Shown here: positions 10,243 to 22,749 of the stretch, piece by piece
Position numbering within the stretch: position 1 is the first letter of the stretch
Layout: each line of letters opens with the position of its first letter
NCBI GenBank assembly: GCA_024626585.2
Contig: JANKJI020000001.1
Coordinates: forward strand, 12,591,747 to 12,619,134
Direction: 5' to 3'
Source of the DNA: Ginkgo biloba
Lineage: Eukaryota; Plantae; Ginkgophyta
Length of the DNA stretch: 27,388 nt
Translations under genes and position numbers: made by a program
Notes under the pieces: generated by a model
What the model was told of the DNA's origin: nothing
Database searches by the model: none
Seen by the model: the letters and a program-made list of their open reading frames with translations, nothing else

Positions 10243-11183
10243 GTGAGTTGGAATGAGAACAAAGTGCTTGAAAATTTTAACTGACTTTTGCTTTGTCTTA
10301 AAAAAGCAAATATCTGTATAACCTGCTTAAAATATTAACTTTTGCATCATTAATTCTTGTCTTTGTTATTATTAGTTTGCTTTTACACCTAATATTGCAC
10401 TGCAACTAAGTGTCATGTTGCAACCGAGTCTCCGTTAACTTAACTGTGATGATCAACTGTTTTTCATGCTACGACTGATAACTGTTGTCAATACTATGAC
10501 TAGAAACTATCCATATTGTTGTGATTAGAAATTATCATTATCTTTCAGAGTTGCAATCGCAAAACGACTATCTTCAGTGTTGCAATCGCATACATCTTTA
10601 TGGAAAAAACTTGCCCTCTAACACAAATGATCAACATATCAATTAACGAACTGCCACCTTTCAAACTCTCTTTCAATACACCTAATCTGCAACTTATCAT
10701 AAAGGAGATCAATGAGTAGATCCAAAAGGACAATTACAAGGCCTACATTCAATCCATGTGGATCTTTCCACCTAAGGCTCTTAGCCCTAAGCTAGCCTTN
10801 NNNNNNNNNNNNNNNNNNNNNNNNNNNNNNNNNNNNNNNNNNNNNNNNNNNNNNNNNNNNNNNNNNNNNNNNNNNNNNNNNNNNNNNNNNNNNNNNNNNN
10901 NNNNNNNNNNNNNNNNNNNNNNNNNNNNNNNNNNNNNNNNNNNNNNNNNNNNNNNNNNNNNNNNNNNNNNNNNNNNNNNNNNNCCGTTGTCTTTTGGCCT
11001 ACTCGAACAAATAGTCTTTTTTTATTCCTTTATAATTCAATTTAAACATGGATTATTCAACAAGGAGAGGGGCGGTTGGATGAGCCTTGAAGGATTTGTC
11101 GATCAATGTCATTAGTTAATCGAATAGGCTTTGAAAATGTTTTGTGATGAGAAGTGCCTGAAGATTTGATGTGCTTATTGCAG

Positions 11184-11249
11184 ATATTCTGCAGCAGGGG
11201 AGATCTGGGCATACTCCACATTCACAAACGCCAAGTCACAACACCTACG
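11184..11249 (+). CDS. TPX2: TPX2 exon H (IFCSRGDLGILHIHKRQVTTPT)
   Basis: TTGCAG acceptor, GTATTC donor 11250; resembles IFESKGE.G.F...K...T.P. Confidence 0.92.
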
Positions 11250-11353
11250 GTATTCTACCTGTTGATATCAGAATTTTAACTATATTTTGAGATACATTTT
11301 CTTTCTTATATGAAGGTATTCATTTGACCTTTAAAAACTGAATTATGCATCAG

Positions 11354-11419
11354 GAATTCCACTTTGCAGCAAATGAGCGTATTCATAAACCATCTCCGCC
11401 AGTTGAACTTTTTAGAAAG
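11354..11419 (+). CDS. TPX2: TPX2 exon I (EFHFAANERIHKPSPPVELFRK)
   Basis: ATCAG acceptor, GTGAGA donor 11420; EFHFATDERI-like. Confidence 0.92.
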
Positions 11420-11570
11420 GTGAGAATAGGCTATATTACATGCAAGTAGTTGGTTTTATGTAGAATTTGTGAATGATTTTCAAATACATCATCATTCTAC
11501 TTGCACATAAACTCCTCGAAATGAGCAGTTTAGATTGAAGACACGTTCTGTTTGCACCCTTTGTAATTAG

Positions 11571-11645
11571 TTATCGCTGAATTCAAAACATCCGGATCCA
11601 GGTCCTCAGCCTACAAGAATTCAGCCTTTCCATCTCTTAACAGAG
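11571..11645 (+). CDS. TPX2: TPX2 exon J (LSLNSKHPDPGPQPTRIQPFHLLTE)
   Basis: TAG acceptor ends 11570, GTTTGT donor 11646; LSLNS...PF.L.TE. Confidence 0.9.
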
Positions 11646-11770
11646 GTTTGTTCCTCTTTCAATGTAACTTTTGATTTTAAGCATGTTATACTTCACATTT
11701 TAGGGCTTTTTTCTCAAGGCATTTGTATAATGCCTTTTGCGGTGATATTTATGGCAAACATGGTTTTTAG

Positions 11771-11890
11771 GACCGTGGGGCAGAAAAAGAAAAGAGGTTT
11801 GAATTGTTGTTGCTAGAGAATGAAAGGAGAGAACAGGAAGCACGGATTCCAAAGGCAAATCCGCTACCTTACACCACAGATTGCCCAGTT
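11771..11890 (+). CDS. TPX2: TPX2 exon K (DRGAEKEKRFELLLLENERREQEARIPKANPLPYTTDCPV)
   Basis: TTTTTAG acceptor, GTAAGT donor 11891; RGAEKE and PKANP.PYTTD.PV motifs. Confidence 0.95.
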
Positions 11891-12161
11891 GTAAGTTGAT
11901 TGTAGCATCTGATTTAATTCTTCTCTTATGCTTGGAACCAGGCTTGTATGCATTGATGTGATCACAAATCATGGGAAGGATACAGACACCTAACTGGCTG
12001 TGGTATTGTTATGCTTTTTTATTCTATGTTAATGCCCATTTAGAGTACAATGTTAATTGTGGAAATAGCATAAAAAAGACATGTATAAGCCAGATTCTTT
12101 GCCCATGTCTTGAGAAGTTTGTGCAGCAACGTTAGCCTGATTCTTTGCCCATATGTTGCAG

Positions 12162-12328
12162 ATCCCACCAAAACCAGTACCGAAGGAATGCACTAAGGCA
12201 GAACCTTTTGAACTTGAAAGCCTTCTGAGACACGAGGAGCAGCAGCAGCGCATGATACAACAACAGGAAAGACGCAAGAGGGAAGAGGCTGAGATGAGGA
12301 AATTTTGAGCCTAACTCATTAGAAGAAA
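12162..12328 (+). CDS. TPX2: TPX2 exon L with two in-frame stops (IPPKPVPKECTKAEPFELESLLRHEEQQQRMIQQQERRKREEAEMRKF*A*LIRR)
   Basis: TTGCAG acceptor, GTAAGT donor 12329 (phase 2); TGA 12306-12308 and TAA 12312-12314 fall in the F[KR]AQP motif. Confidence 0.92.
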
Positions 12329-13529
12329 GTAAGTCTTTATGAAACTAAGTGTTTTAATGTTTTATGGTATTAGGGAAATAATGAAGACTAACTTTTACAT
12401 ACAGTGTGATTAATTCATTGCTTGGAAACAATGTCAATGCAAGTGTGCCCGTATGCATAAGTGCCAAATAGTGGAGAGACAAGTTGATGAGTAATACGAA
12501 GTGGGGGTGTGAATGCAGAGAATGCCCTTCAAAAGCCTGCACATATTGCATGTCAAACATGTATGTTGGGCAATCATGTTATGGGCCCAACTGGATGCTA
12601 GATCATTATATGTACATCAATATTTTTCTTATGAATACGTTTGTGGCATGATGATTTTCAATTTCGGTCAATAAGATTTCTCTTAGTTGCCCTATAAGTT
12701 CTATCTCTTACAAACCACTAAATTGTGGCTTGCCAATAAAAAATTGTGGATAATAATTAATAAAATAAAAAATAAATAAAATTGTTGTAATTAATATCTG
12801 ATATCAAAACCCATCTTTGCAAGGGTTTNNNNNNNNNNNNNNNNNNNNNNNNNNNNNNNNNNNNNNNNNNNNNNNNNNNNNNNNNNNNNNNNNNNNNNNN
12901 NNNNNNNNNNNNNNNNNNNNNNNNNNNNACCAACCTTGACTTCCAGTTGACCAGGCTTAGAACTAGGGTTTCCTGGGCTTTGACATTTACAAAGAGAGGC
13001 ACACAAGTAATATGCTTTCAAAATCAAATGTCTTTGAACGATGTTGCAAATGAGCCATTCAACTATATTTATGTTTCGTTATTGTTGTCAGTTACACCTT
13101 TCGGGCCACTTTTCTGACCTGACAACAATTCTATGCATGCTTTAATCTTAGGGTTTCCATCGAAGTCGTTTTAGTTCTCAAGGAGTGTTGGCTCGTAAAT
13201 CTTAAGCCTTAAGACGTCCTATGGGGCCTGCCAATCCTCTAACAGCCTTAATGATCTGTTTTAGCCTATAGGTCTTCATGCACTATCCTACACCTTAGTG
13301 GGAACCATCCATGCCTCCATATGGCCATACCATTACACATTTTAAAGCCATTGAAAATGGTTGTGCTCTTGGATGCTTACGTCCATGAAATAGTGAATTT
13401 TGTTGTCACTTAAGGCTGCTAGAAGCCTAATGCCTTCAAATGAATTTTGATTGGTTGACGGAGCCAGTAGAGGAGGAAGAAATGATAACTCTGGCTTCTA
13501 ACAAGAGCCGTCACATGCATAAGGCCATG

Positions 13530-15376
13530 CAATAAGTCCCTTGATAAAGGGTTTCAAGAGATTTTGAAACAGAGTCTTCGTAGGTTTTTGACATAATTTT
13601 TCATCCATGACCAACCATTACCTTGATTTAAGCTCCATACTTCCCTTGAGAAACCCAAGTAATTGCACACTTTTTCTTCTTTAGCTTGCTCCTTATTATC
13701 AAATTCATAAAGGTATAATTTATTTTCACAACATTGATGTCCGGTCTCATATTTATTATTGCATTTGTAACATCTTCCTTTGGCTTTATGTTTTTGAATT
13801 TCTTTATCTGTTAATCGCAAACGTGGCATGATCTATACCTAGCTCATACTTATTTGTGTGCATGTATCTATGGAAGAATATATGTATGATTTTTTGTACT
13901 ACGTGGATATTTGAATTTCGACTTGACATGCATTTTACATAACTTGCTAAATAGTGGAGATATCATGCATTTTAATCTCGCTTTGAATGTCTTCATTTAA
14001 TCCACCAATATATGAGTGTAACAAATTTTACCTCAAAATATTAAATGCACAAGTCGCCAACGATTCTCATTGATTTGTGTATTCATCCATAATTCCTTTT
14101 TGTCTCTAGTTGCATTAATTGATCAAAGAAGTCATTATCCCTGGTATTTTTATGTTTCTTGAAAAAATTAATGATGAATGTTTCTTGTGTCACTGTAATA
14201 CAACTTGATTCTTTGGACCACCATAAGAACTAGTCATAGGTTGCTCCACCTAATTGTAACGTAACGATGTTTATATGTTCTTCATCTATCGCAGGGGGTT
14301 AATCTTCAAATAATGTTCTAATTTTCTTACCCAATTCCTTGCCTCCTTGTTTTTCCATTGAACCTTGCCAATTTCATTTTCACTACCACTTTTGTTTTCT
14401 AATCGATTCATGTTTCCATATGATGTATACTTTAACTTAGTTATGTGTTTGTTGGCATTTTTGCGTGATAGGTCTCTATTTACGTAACCACAATCATTGG
14501 GTCCCAAATTGACGTTGCTTAGCCTAACTTGATCTTTCTAATTAATTAGAATATTCTTATTTAGTTAAGAATATTCCTATTTGAATTTTTTTTTAAACCT
14601 TAGAAAACTATTGTTTTGTTTTTTCCCCATGTGCATTGAATGGCACTTGGTCTGCTGTCTTAGTAGCACATGTTCTTCTTTGGGTCGAATCACCTTGCGT
14701 TAGGTGTTAGATATTGTTTGTGTTGAATTGCCTCTTCCTTCCTCTTTGGTTCGTATGTGTGTGCACCTACAAATTCCCCAATTCATGCCTAGGAAGAAAC
14801 TCGCTTATGGGACAACTAGTCTAAATGTGTTCGACTTTGAGACCCTGAGATTGTGGGTTAGCAACTGTGAGACTCCAAGATGGAAATGAGAAATATATAG
14901 TGAACAATGGACAAGACAAAAGAAGGAGAAGACATGCAAAATAGAAGAAGAGATGGAGATGAGCGGCGAAGGTGAGATGAGCTGAATTTGCCCTGTGGAG
15001 AGATGAAGAAAGGCAAAAGATAGATGGTAGAATGGCGGTTTTGTGTTAGGGTTAGAGGTGCTAACCAAAATTCTAAAAAGTAGATCTACAACAAACGTGG
15101 AACAATTGGTTTAGATGGCGATAGAATAGGGAAGATGAGTTGGGACTGAGGCTATGGAGAGGATGGACCCCTAGAGATATGGCAAGACAAAAAAATGGAG
15201 GGCAAAATGAGACAAAGACTGATAACAAGGATGAAGGACCGAGATGGAGTTATGTAGAGTATGGAGTGGAGAGGACGAAGAACCAAGATGGAGTTATGCA
15301 GATGGAAAATGGAAAGCTTTAAAGCAATGGTGAATTTAGATTTTTAAGAGGGTTGAATCTAGTACTCATACCACTT
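13530..15376 (-). mobile_element. gag: Decayed Ty3/gypsy (chromovirus-like) element: PBS, leader, gag with zinc knuckle
   Basis: Degenerate PBS TCAAG-TGGTATGAG near 15365-15378; ARNWVRKLEHYL (14286-14507 ORF); RLTDKEIQKHKAKGRCYKCNNKYETGHQC (13554-13829 ORF), typical of plant chromovirus gag ends. Confidence 0.8.
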
Positions 15377-17227
15377 GAGACAGACCTTCCATGTGCAGCC
15401 TCTTTGACAAGGCCAGTCTCCGGTAAATGAACATGAGTTCACAAATAAATATGCTTTGATGAACTATGAAAACTGATGATACATGGATATGACACTTTAA
15501 TGTTCACTTGGTTCCTTGTGACCATTCCCTAAGGTTGTGTCTATTTATTAAATATTTAATAATGCCCTGATTAAGTGTACAACATAAAACTTCTAATCAA
15601 AATATGAGAGGAGCTTCTATGGACCTTCTTTTTTTCTGCGTAATGGCATCAAATCATTTCATATATTGCGTATCCATTATAATTTCGCAAGAGAACTCAG
15701 CAACTTTGACATGCAACTTCTGCGGACTCCTCTAAGTTGTGTGTATAGCTTCACATTTTTGTGGTGTTGAGGTCTATTACAAATATTATTTCCTCAAATA
15801 GAACTTTTTCAGAACAACTTTATTTACAAATATGTTTAACAACTTCTCACAAGATGTGATTTGTTTATTTCCAAATTTTCTTCAATCAACTTTCTTCATT
15901 TACAAAGATGGGTAGCTTTTTAGCTACAGAATTTTAATACATAGTGCTTTGTTTTGTCTATCTTCCTTTCTTTTGTAGAGTCTACAGCTGGACATTTGTT
16001 ATTTCTCATAAAGGCTCTTGTGAGGCAACAGAACCAAACGTAGGAAAATTTATCCACTAGCTTCAGAACAAGATGAGATTCACACAAACAGTCGAACACA
16101 ACAGCAACAATCATCTTAAAGGATACAATATAAGAGCCAAAAAGTGATACCAATGGCATAGATTGATCAAGAAGAATAAAATTTGGCATGGCAGCTGGAC
16201 TGCCAGAGGCCGGACCCAGGCCTCACCAATGCCTTTGGACTCTTGCAGTCTCTCTCCCCCCTTGACAACAGACAAACATCAACTTTCGATTGAAGGCAAC
16301 AGTTTGCAATTAATCTATTAATTAATATGTGAGGCATTACAAAAAAGATTATTAAAGTAAGCATTAGGAGGTTTGAAACCTTCCAACACTGCACATTTAG
16401 GCACCCATATCTAATGTTTTGGATTAGAATGAGCAGATGGCACAGTTCTTTGTGGAATTCTTCTTGTGATATTGGTAACTATGTGTCTAGTTGCATTCTT
16501 GCGGTGCTGTGTAGTAAGCTGTCAATAAACCACCATCAACCAATTGTTGTCATAAAATAAACAGCTGCCTTAATTAGAATCAATATATTTTTCTTTTGAC
16601 TAGAGATGGTGGCACATGCTGGCACCCATATATATGTAGAGATTGGTATATAAATGGAAATTATTTTTTAAGCTTCCTTGCATCTGGTTATGCACAGAAA
16701 CGTTTAAACACGTAGCACGCCATCTTCTTTTAGTGATCATTGAAAAATAAAATTTCAACAATAATTGGATGNNNNNNNNNNNNNNNNNNNNNNNNNNNNN
16801 NNNNNNNNNNNNNNNNNNNNNNGATCCCATTCTAGTATATAGATACCATTCATTCCTGCTTTCAAATGTAGATCATCATCTTAATTGTAACCAATGCTTA
16901 TTAATATTTATGTTTATCATGATCACTCTAGGACAGATTATAAACATGTGAATGCATTGCAAGACTGGAGGTTGGAATGTAAATGGACAGATGTCAAAGT
17001 TTTCTTTCGAAATATTAATTTTAGTGAGGCTCTGCATGCTTTCTTCCATTTCTGTACANNNNNNNNNNNNNNNNNACACACATAAGACAATCAGTTGTGT
17101 CACTTAGAGCTGGTCAGATGCTAGACATGTCACCTAAATAGCATTGTGCTTAAGTGTTGAACAAATGAAAGTTCATGTTGAACCAGTGAACCACACATCC
17201 TTGTTGGTTATCATGTCACCTTAATTT

Positions 17228-17274
<47 letters not shown>
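17228..17274 (+). repeat. Compound (TG)n(AG)n microsatellite
   Basis: Direct reading. Confidence 0.95.
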
Positions 17275-17276
<2 letters not shown>

Positions 17277-17630
17277 ATTTTACCTCCTATCATGTTAGGT
17301 TGCATGTGCTTGTACCCTGTATATAGGGATTGGGATATAAATGCAGATCCCAGAGTTCTTCATGCAAGTACTACTTCACTGAAAATGTTAGTCCGCTGGC
17401 TTTCATTTGATCATGTATAGAAGATAGTTAATGACTTCAAAGATTTTCTATTTGGTGGTGGAAGCTGCATTCTATTATTTAGTGATATGGATGATGGTAA
17501 CTTTTGTTAGAAAGGTGATAGGAATTTTCAGCATGCATCAATTTTCAACATAGGATCATTATGCATCCATACCTTTCTCTATTGAGGCATTTCTCAGCAA
17601 AAATTTATGTTAATTTGTGGGGCAATGCAG

Positions 17631-17739
17631 TGGTCCTGTGCATATTCCTGAAAGGGTTAGAATGCCTCTTACAGAAGTACATGAGTTCAGATTCCGTATT
17701 GATTCTCGTGCTATTGAGCGTACAGAATTTGATAAAAAG
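17631..17739 (+). CDS. TPX2: TPX2 exon M (GPVHIPERVRMPLTEVHEFRFRIDSRAIERTEFDKK), start of the C-terminal TPX2 domain
   Basis: ATGCAG acceptor, GTATGC donor 17740; phase matches exon L. Confidence 0.95.
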
Positions 17740-17839
17740 GTATGCTATTCACCGCGTGTGTTTATTTATGATTGGATTACAATCCTGAGTATGCTTGAAG
17801 ATCAATTGTTTCCTATTAACCAATGCCCACTGTATCCAG

Positions 17840-17899
17840 GTGATGGAGAAACACAATATGCATATGAAATTCAGGGAGGAGTATGAAGCTGCACAGAGG
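17840..17899 (+). CDS. TPX2: TPX2 exon N (VMEKHNMHMKFREEYEAAQR)
   Basis: TCCAG acceptor, GTCATT donor 17900; 60 nt, phase 0/0. Confidence 0.92.
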
Positions 17900-18500
17900 G
17901 TCATTGTCTGGTTCCCAATCTCACTTTCATTTTCCTTAGATATTTTCTTTGTTTACCTGCCTTGTTTGGAGGGGCAATATGAACACTGCAAAGGCCAGAA
18001 ATATCTATCTATCTATCTATATTTTTACGCATGCACACACACTAGCACAGAGGTGTAGGAAGTAATTGCGACGACATTTTTTTTTTTCTTTTGAACACAA
18101 AGCTTGATATTGTATTGCTACAAAAAGAGGATTAGATCAGAGGCCTCCTTAATTTGTAGTGATTCTTAGTTAGTTGGATACATCAAAATGAGTCCCCCAA
18201 ATAAGGACAATCGAAAACGGGATTTGAGTAAAAAATCATGCCTATAGCTATTTGCTACATATTTTGATGCTTACTTAGCTGGGGAGAAAGTAATAGATGT
18301 GAAGGCTAGAACATTCAAAAATCTCAAGCCAAAAATTAGGTGTTTCCTGTGATCTTCAAAACCTGGCTTCGTAAGTTGAACTTCTTTGCTCCTTAACTTC
18401 TTTGCTACTTGTAGTTGATGACCTGTTCCAAGACCCATTTGCTTAGAGGACCATTTGTTTAGAGGGACATCTTTGTCTTCTTGTCCGCATGCACTCTTCT

Positions 18501-18815
18501 TGATGTGAACTTCAGGATCACAGGTAGAAAACGAATAAACAAAGAATCAAACACAAGACAAGATATTTTCGAGTAGAATTGGTCTACAACATATTTTTTA
18601 TTGAATGCAATACAATGGAATTGATCTGATACAACTNNNNNNNNNNNNNNNNNNNNNNNNNNNNNNNNNNNNNNNNNNNNNNNNNNNNNNNNNNNNNNNN
18701 NNNNNNNNNNNNNNNNNNNNNNNNNNNNNNNNNNAATTATATAAAGTATAATTACATTACATACAATGAATAAACATAAGGTGACTACACATTAATTTTT
18801 CCAACACTCCCCCTT
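18501..18815 (-). mobile_element. Copia polypurine tract and 3' LTR
   Basis: Minus strand AAGGGGGAG (18815-18807) immediately followed by TGTTGG at 18806; LTR far end estimated at TG 18501 or 18504. Confidence 0.75.
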
Positions 18816-19684
18816 AATGTTTATGTCATTGCTCTTCAGCCTCAGTATGCTCTTCAAGTACTTTAACTTGTCACATCTAAGTGATTTGGTGAAGACGTCT
18901 AGCAGCTACTCATTTTTGGTTATGTACTCAAGCTTAATCTCNNNNNNNNNNNNNNNNNNNNNNNNNNNNNNNNNNNNNNNNNNNNNNNNNNNNNNNNNNN
19001 NNNNNNNNNGTCCAAGCATAGAACACTAGATTCTTTGCAATCTTCAAGACACTCTGATTGTCACGAAAGAGTTTCATGGCCTCATTTTGATTTAGACTGA
19101 TATCTGCAAGAATCCTCCTCAGCTAAATTGCTTCACGAGTTGTTGTCACTGTAGTTTTGTACTATGCTTTAGTCGACGATAAAGCAACATTGGGTTGCTT
19201 CTTGCTACTCCAAGAAACTACAATTGACCTGAGACTAAAACAGTATCCAGATGTTGACCTCTGATTGTATATGCATCCAACCCAGTCAGAATATCCATAC
19301 CCCTACAACCTGAATTTCCCAATATGCAAAAATTCGAGTCCAAACTCTAAAGTGCATCGTAGATATCTAAGAATTTGTTTAGCATCTTTCCAGTGATTTT
19401 ATTTTGGTGATGTCATATATTTGGGTATCATACCCACGACAAAATAAATGTCAGGTCTGGTTGTAGTTAGGTAGATTAGAATACTAACCAACTGACGAAA
19501 TAGTGTACCATCCACTAGCTTCTCCTCTTCATTTGCTGACAGCTTTTTACCTATCTCCATCAGTGTTGGTGCAGGCTTGCAATCTTCCATTCTAAACGTG
19601 TTAAGAATCTCCCAAGTAGGTTTGGCCTGTGACATGAATATCTGGCTAGGTCTTTGCCATACTTCTACTCCCAGACAGTAGTGG
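18816..19684 (-). mobile_element. pol: Ty1/copia RT C-terminus plus RNase H remnant
   Basis: FRMEDCKP..FRQLVSILIYLTTTRPDI..ILRYL..YSDWVG..RSTSGYCF..VSWSSKKQPNVALSS..DNQS..LDVFTKSL; internal stops. Confidence 0.95.
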
Positions 19685-19785
19685 ANNNNNNNNNNNNNNN
19701 NNNNNNNNNNNNNNNNNNNNNNNNNNNNNNNNNNNNNNNNNNNNNNNNNNNNNNNNNNNNNNNNNNNNNNNNNNNNNNNNNNNNN

Positions 19786-20960
19786 TGGAAAGGGCTCGGT
19801 AAAAGAAGACGAACTGTCAAAAAAATTCGTCAAACGAACGTCAAGAAGGTCAGCAAACGAGGGATGAATGGTTTGATGAAGGAATAGTTATGTTCGTCGA
19901 GCGGATGAACATTAGCATACCGTTCATCGAGCGGACTCAATTATGTTCATTGAACAGTCGGACGTTGTCATACCGTTCGATGAATGACTCAGTTTTGTTC
20001 GTCGAACGGATGGACGATGCGGTTCCGTTCGTCGAGCAATCTTATACTGCTCGATGAGTAATAAAGGGTCATGATGAAAAAAATATGACAAATGGCGAGA
20101 ATTAAAAGGAGGTTGTGGGAGCATTTATGGCACATTGGAGACCTACGCATTGGGTTTTAAGTCACCTGCAACATGCTTTTAAGGGCATTAAAGGCCCAAC
20201 CACTAACTTTAATGATTTTTTACGGTAGGTATGGATTTTGGAGGGAGAAGCTTAGAGGAAAGATAAGGAAAAGAGGGCATTAGAGACTAAGGGGAGGAAA
20301 GAGTTGGGCAGAGTTGTGGAAGAGCAAAACAGTAAGAAGGCAGATTGCAGGGAATGGAGCTCCGAAGGAAGAGGAAAGTGGAAAGAGAAGAGGATCTGAG
20401 GGAAGGGTGGCCATGGAGGGCAAGCAGAGAAATGCGGCTAGCATGCTGTGAGGAAAAAAGAGAAGAGGAGGACAAATTTGGAGGAGAAGAAGAGAGTGTA
20501 GTCCAAGAGGACGCTTGGTGGCAGAACCATCGATAGAGGCAATCACGTTTGAGAGGAAGAAGAAGAGGTTTGTGTCCAAGAGGGGATCTTACAAGGATGG
20601 TGAAGTTCGTTCCAGAAGATTATGTGAATGCTCCGAGGTGGGACCTTGGTAATGTATCCGAAACCCTAGTTTGGGGATGATGTTATGTAATTTTGGAAAT
20701 AGGCCATGGGCCATTTTTATGTAAAAGTTGGATTTAATGTATGTGATTTAGGTTTTAGGCTGGTAGGCCAAGTTAAATGAAAGATTTAGATTTACATGTG
20801 TTCTCTCATGGTGAAAGGTGAATGTTTGTTGTGTGTTATGATGAGGCCTACATGCCATTGATATTGTATTTTCATTTTGTATATTTTTATGCATGTTTTG
20901 TTGAATGTGTGGGTTTGTTGAGAAAACGCCCTTGAAGGGTTGGACCATCGTGCAAGGGAC
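19786..20960 (+). mobile_element. Long LTR-like fragment (probably gypsy) with CpG-rich sub-repeats and a GA-rich tract
   Basis: Repeated GTTCRTCGARCG motif, purine-rich 20240-20600, GT-rich U5-like tail ending ..GGGACA; no coding homology recognised. Confidence 0.5.
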
Positions 20961-21533
20961 AAAGCATAAGTCCCATTGTTGAATATCCTAGTACTAGGCA
21001 GTTTAGGGGAGATAGACGCCCGTGTTGCATCATCAAGGAGATCCATTATTAACTTGACTTTGGCATAAAGTGTTAGTGGAAATATCGACTTTGGCAATAA
21101 TACTAAGAAGTATAATTTTGTAAGACTCACATATGGTTAAGAAGTAAGTAACATAAAATTTCACCAATGGAATAGATCTAATAGTGCATTAATTGAATTA
21201 TCCACACTAGAGAGAAATGAAGTAAGGACTTCAAAGTTAAAAGTTAATTATCAAGGTAAAAAATTGAGCTAGATAAATCGATTGAAGTGATTATCAAGAC
21301 TAACAAAAAATATTCTAAACTAAAAGGAAGATCAACTTTGCTCATTTTATCAATTTCCAAGCTACATTGGTTATCATTAAGTTTGCATATTTTGAAATCC
21401 TTTTTTAATAAATAATTAAGATCAAACGACACAANNNNNNNNNNNNNNNNNNNNNNNNNNNNNNNNNNNNNNNNNNNNNNNNNNNNNNNNNNNNNNNNNN
21501 NNNNNNNNNNNNNNNNNNNNNNNNNNNNNNNNN

Positions 21534-22565
21534 NCATATTACTCAAGACCTCATGTTGACCTTTAGAATGATAGGAATGCTTATCAATTGTGTTTTCAAC
21601 CGTTATTTTCCTTTAATAGGGAGTTTTGGTGTCTTTTCAACTCAACAAACCTTATTCTGGGGTTCTAGTCAAGTTGTTAGCAATCTACTTCAATCTACTT
21701 TCGTAATTTGCTTCAATCTACTTTAATTCTAGAATCCTCTCTTTAGGGCATGTCTAATTATGCTAGACCAAATAAGGCTTCTACTCCAACTCGTTTCTTA
21801 ACAAACAACCCTCTTTGCTCCAGATGCTAAAAATAGGGCTCTTCCTATGAGGTGATTTTCACTTCTAGAACTCTTTTTTCCAATTTGTTGCTCGTCTAGA
21901 GCTTCTAACTACTATGGAAAAATTAATTTTATTACTTTCTACAAGTCCTTGAAAAGATTAAGTTGCATATATGAAAAGATAGAGACTGGATAAAAGTCAT
22001 TTTGTCAAGATGATGGGCTAAATGCACTCTCAAGCCCCCATTTATATGTCTTGGTCATTGGGATGGGCTCTTGTCTTTCCTTTCAAAGACCACCTCAATT
22101 CCTATGTATGCCCTTATCTATATGACACCCTACAAACTTGCTTTTAGCCTTGGGACTTAGCTCTTTGGCTATCTTGTGGGGTGTGTCAACCTATTGCACA
22201 CTAGTAGATTTATGTTACCCTAAATTTAAACCATAGGGGTAATAACTACTTTCATTTGGTCTTTGACAATATTAACTCTTGTCCTATCAAACACCACATG
22301 ACCATGTTAAGGGCTCGATAGCTAGTCATGGGAGCAGTTCTAGTCACTTATAAGTATTGCTAATTGAAAGTCCCTCTCTTTTAGCACTTTGTCTCATTGA
22401 CCTATCTTAGTATTCTATAACATTCCCATTTGCTTGACCCTTATTGATGTTGGCTTGTAATTTCCCTTAGGAGGACCTCTGAACAACCATTGGTCACTAA
22501 AGATGAGAAATAGTTTTTACTTTATTTTAACGTGTTAAATTACCACAAGAAAAAGGGGTGTCACA
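21534..22565 (-). mobile_element. Probable gypsy LTR fragment
   Basis: Terminus GGGGTGTCACA at 22555-22565 (TGTGACACCCC on minus); reverse TATA-like TTTATAT near 22041; left end lost in an N gap. Confidence 0.45.
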
Positions 22566-22749
22566 TATCCTTTTAGACTTTTTGGTACCTCGTGAAACCA
22601 CCTACAATCTACTATGGTCCATTCAAAACATGTTACTTGATCTGGGTCGNNNNNNNNNNNNNNNNNNNNNNNNNNNNNNNNNNNNNNNNNNNNNNNNNNN
22701 NNNNNNNNNNNNNNNNNNNNNNNNNNNNNNNNNNNNNNNNNNNNNNNNN

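Noticed and set aside
12053-12277. Cys-rich minus-strand ORF
   Set aside because: Antisense shadow of the CAG-rich TPX2 exon L.
19820-20045. CRISPR-like repeat/spacer look
   Set aside because: Repeats are ~12 nt, degenerate and irregular, in plant intronic TE context with no cas genes.
20280-20579. Hydrophobic or charged ORFs on both strands
   Set aside because: By-product of a GA-rich low-complexity LTR tract.
20961-21434. Partly open frames that might be a decayed TE or viral coding remnant
   Set aside because: No motif recognised on either strand; needs blastx.
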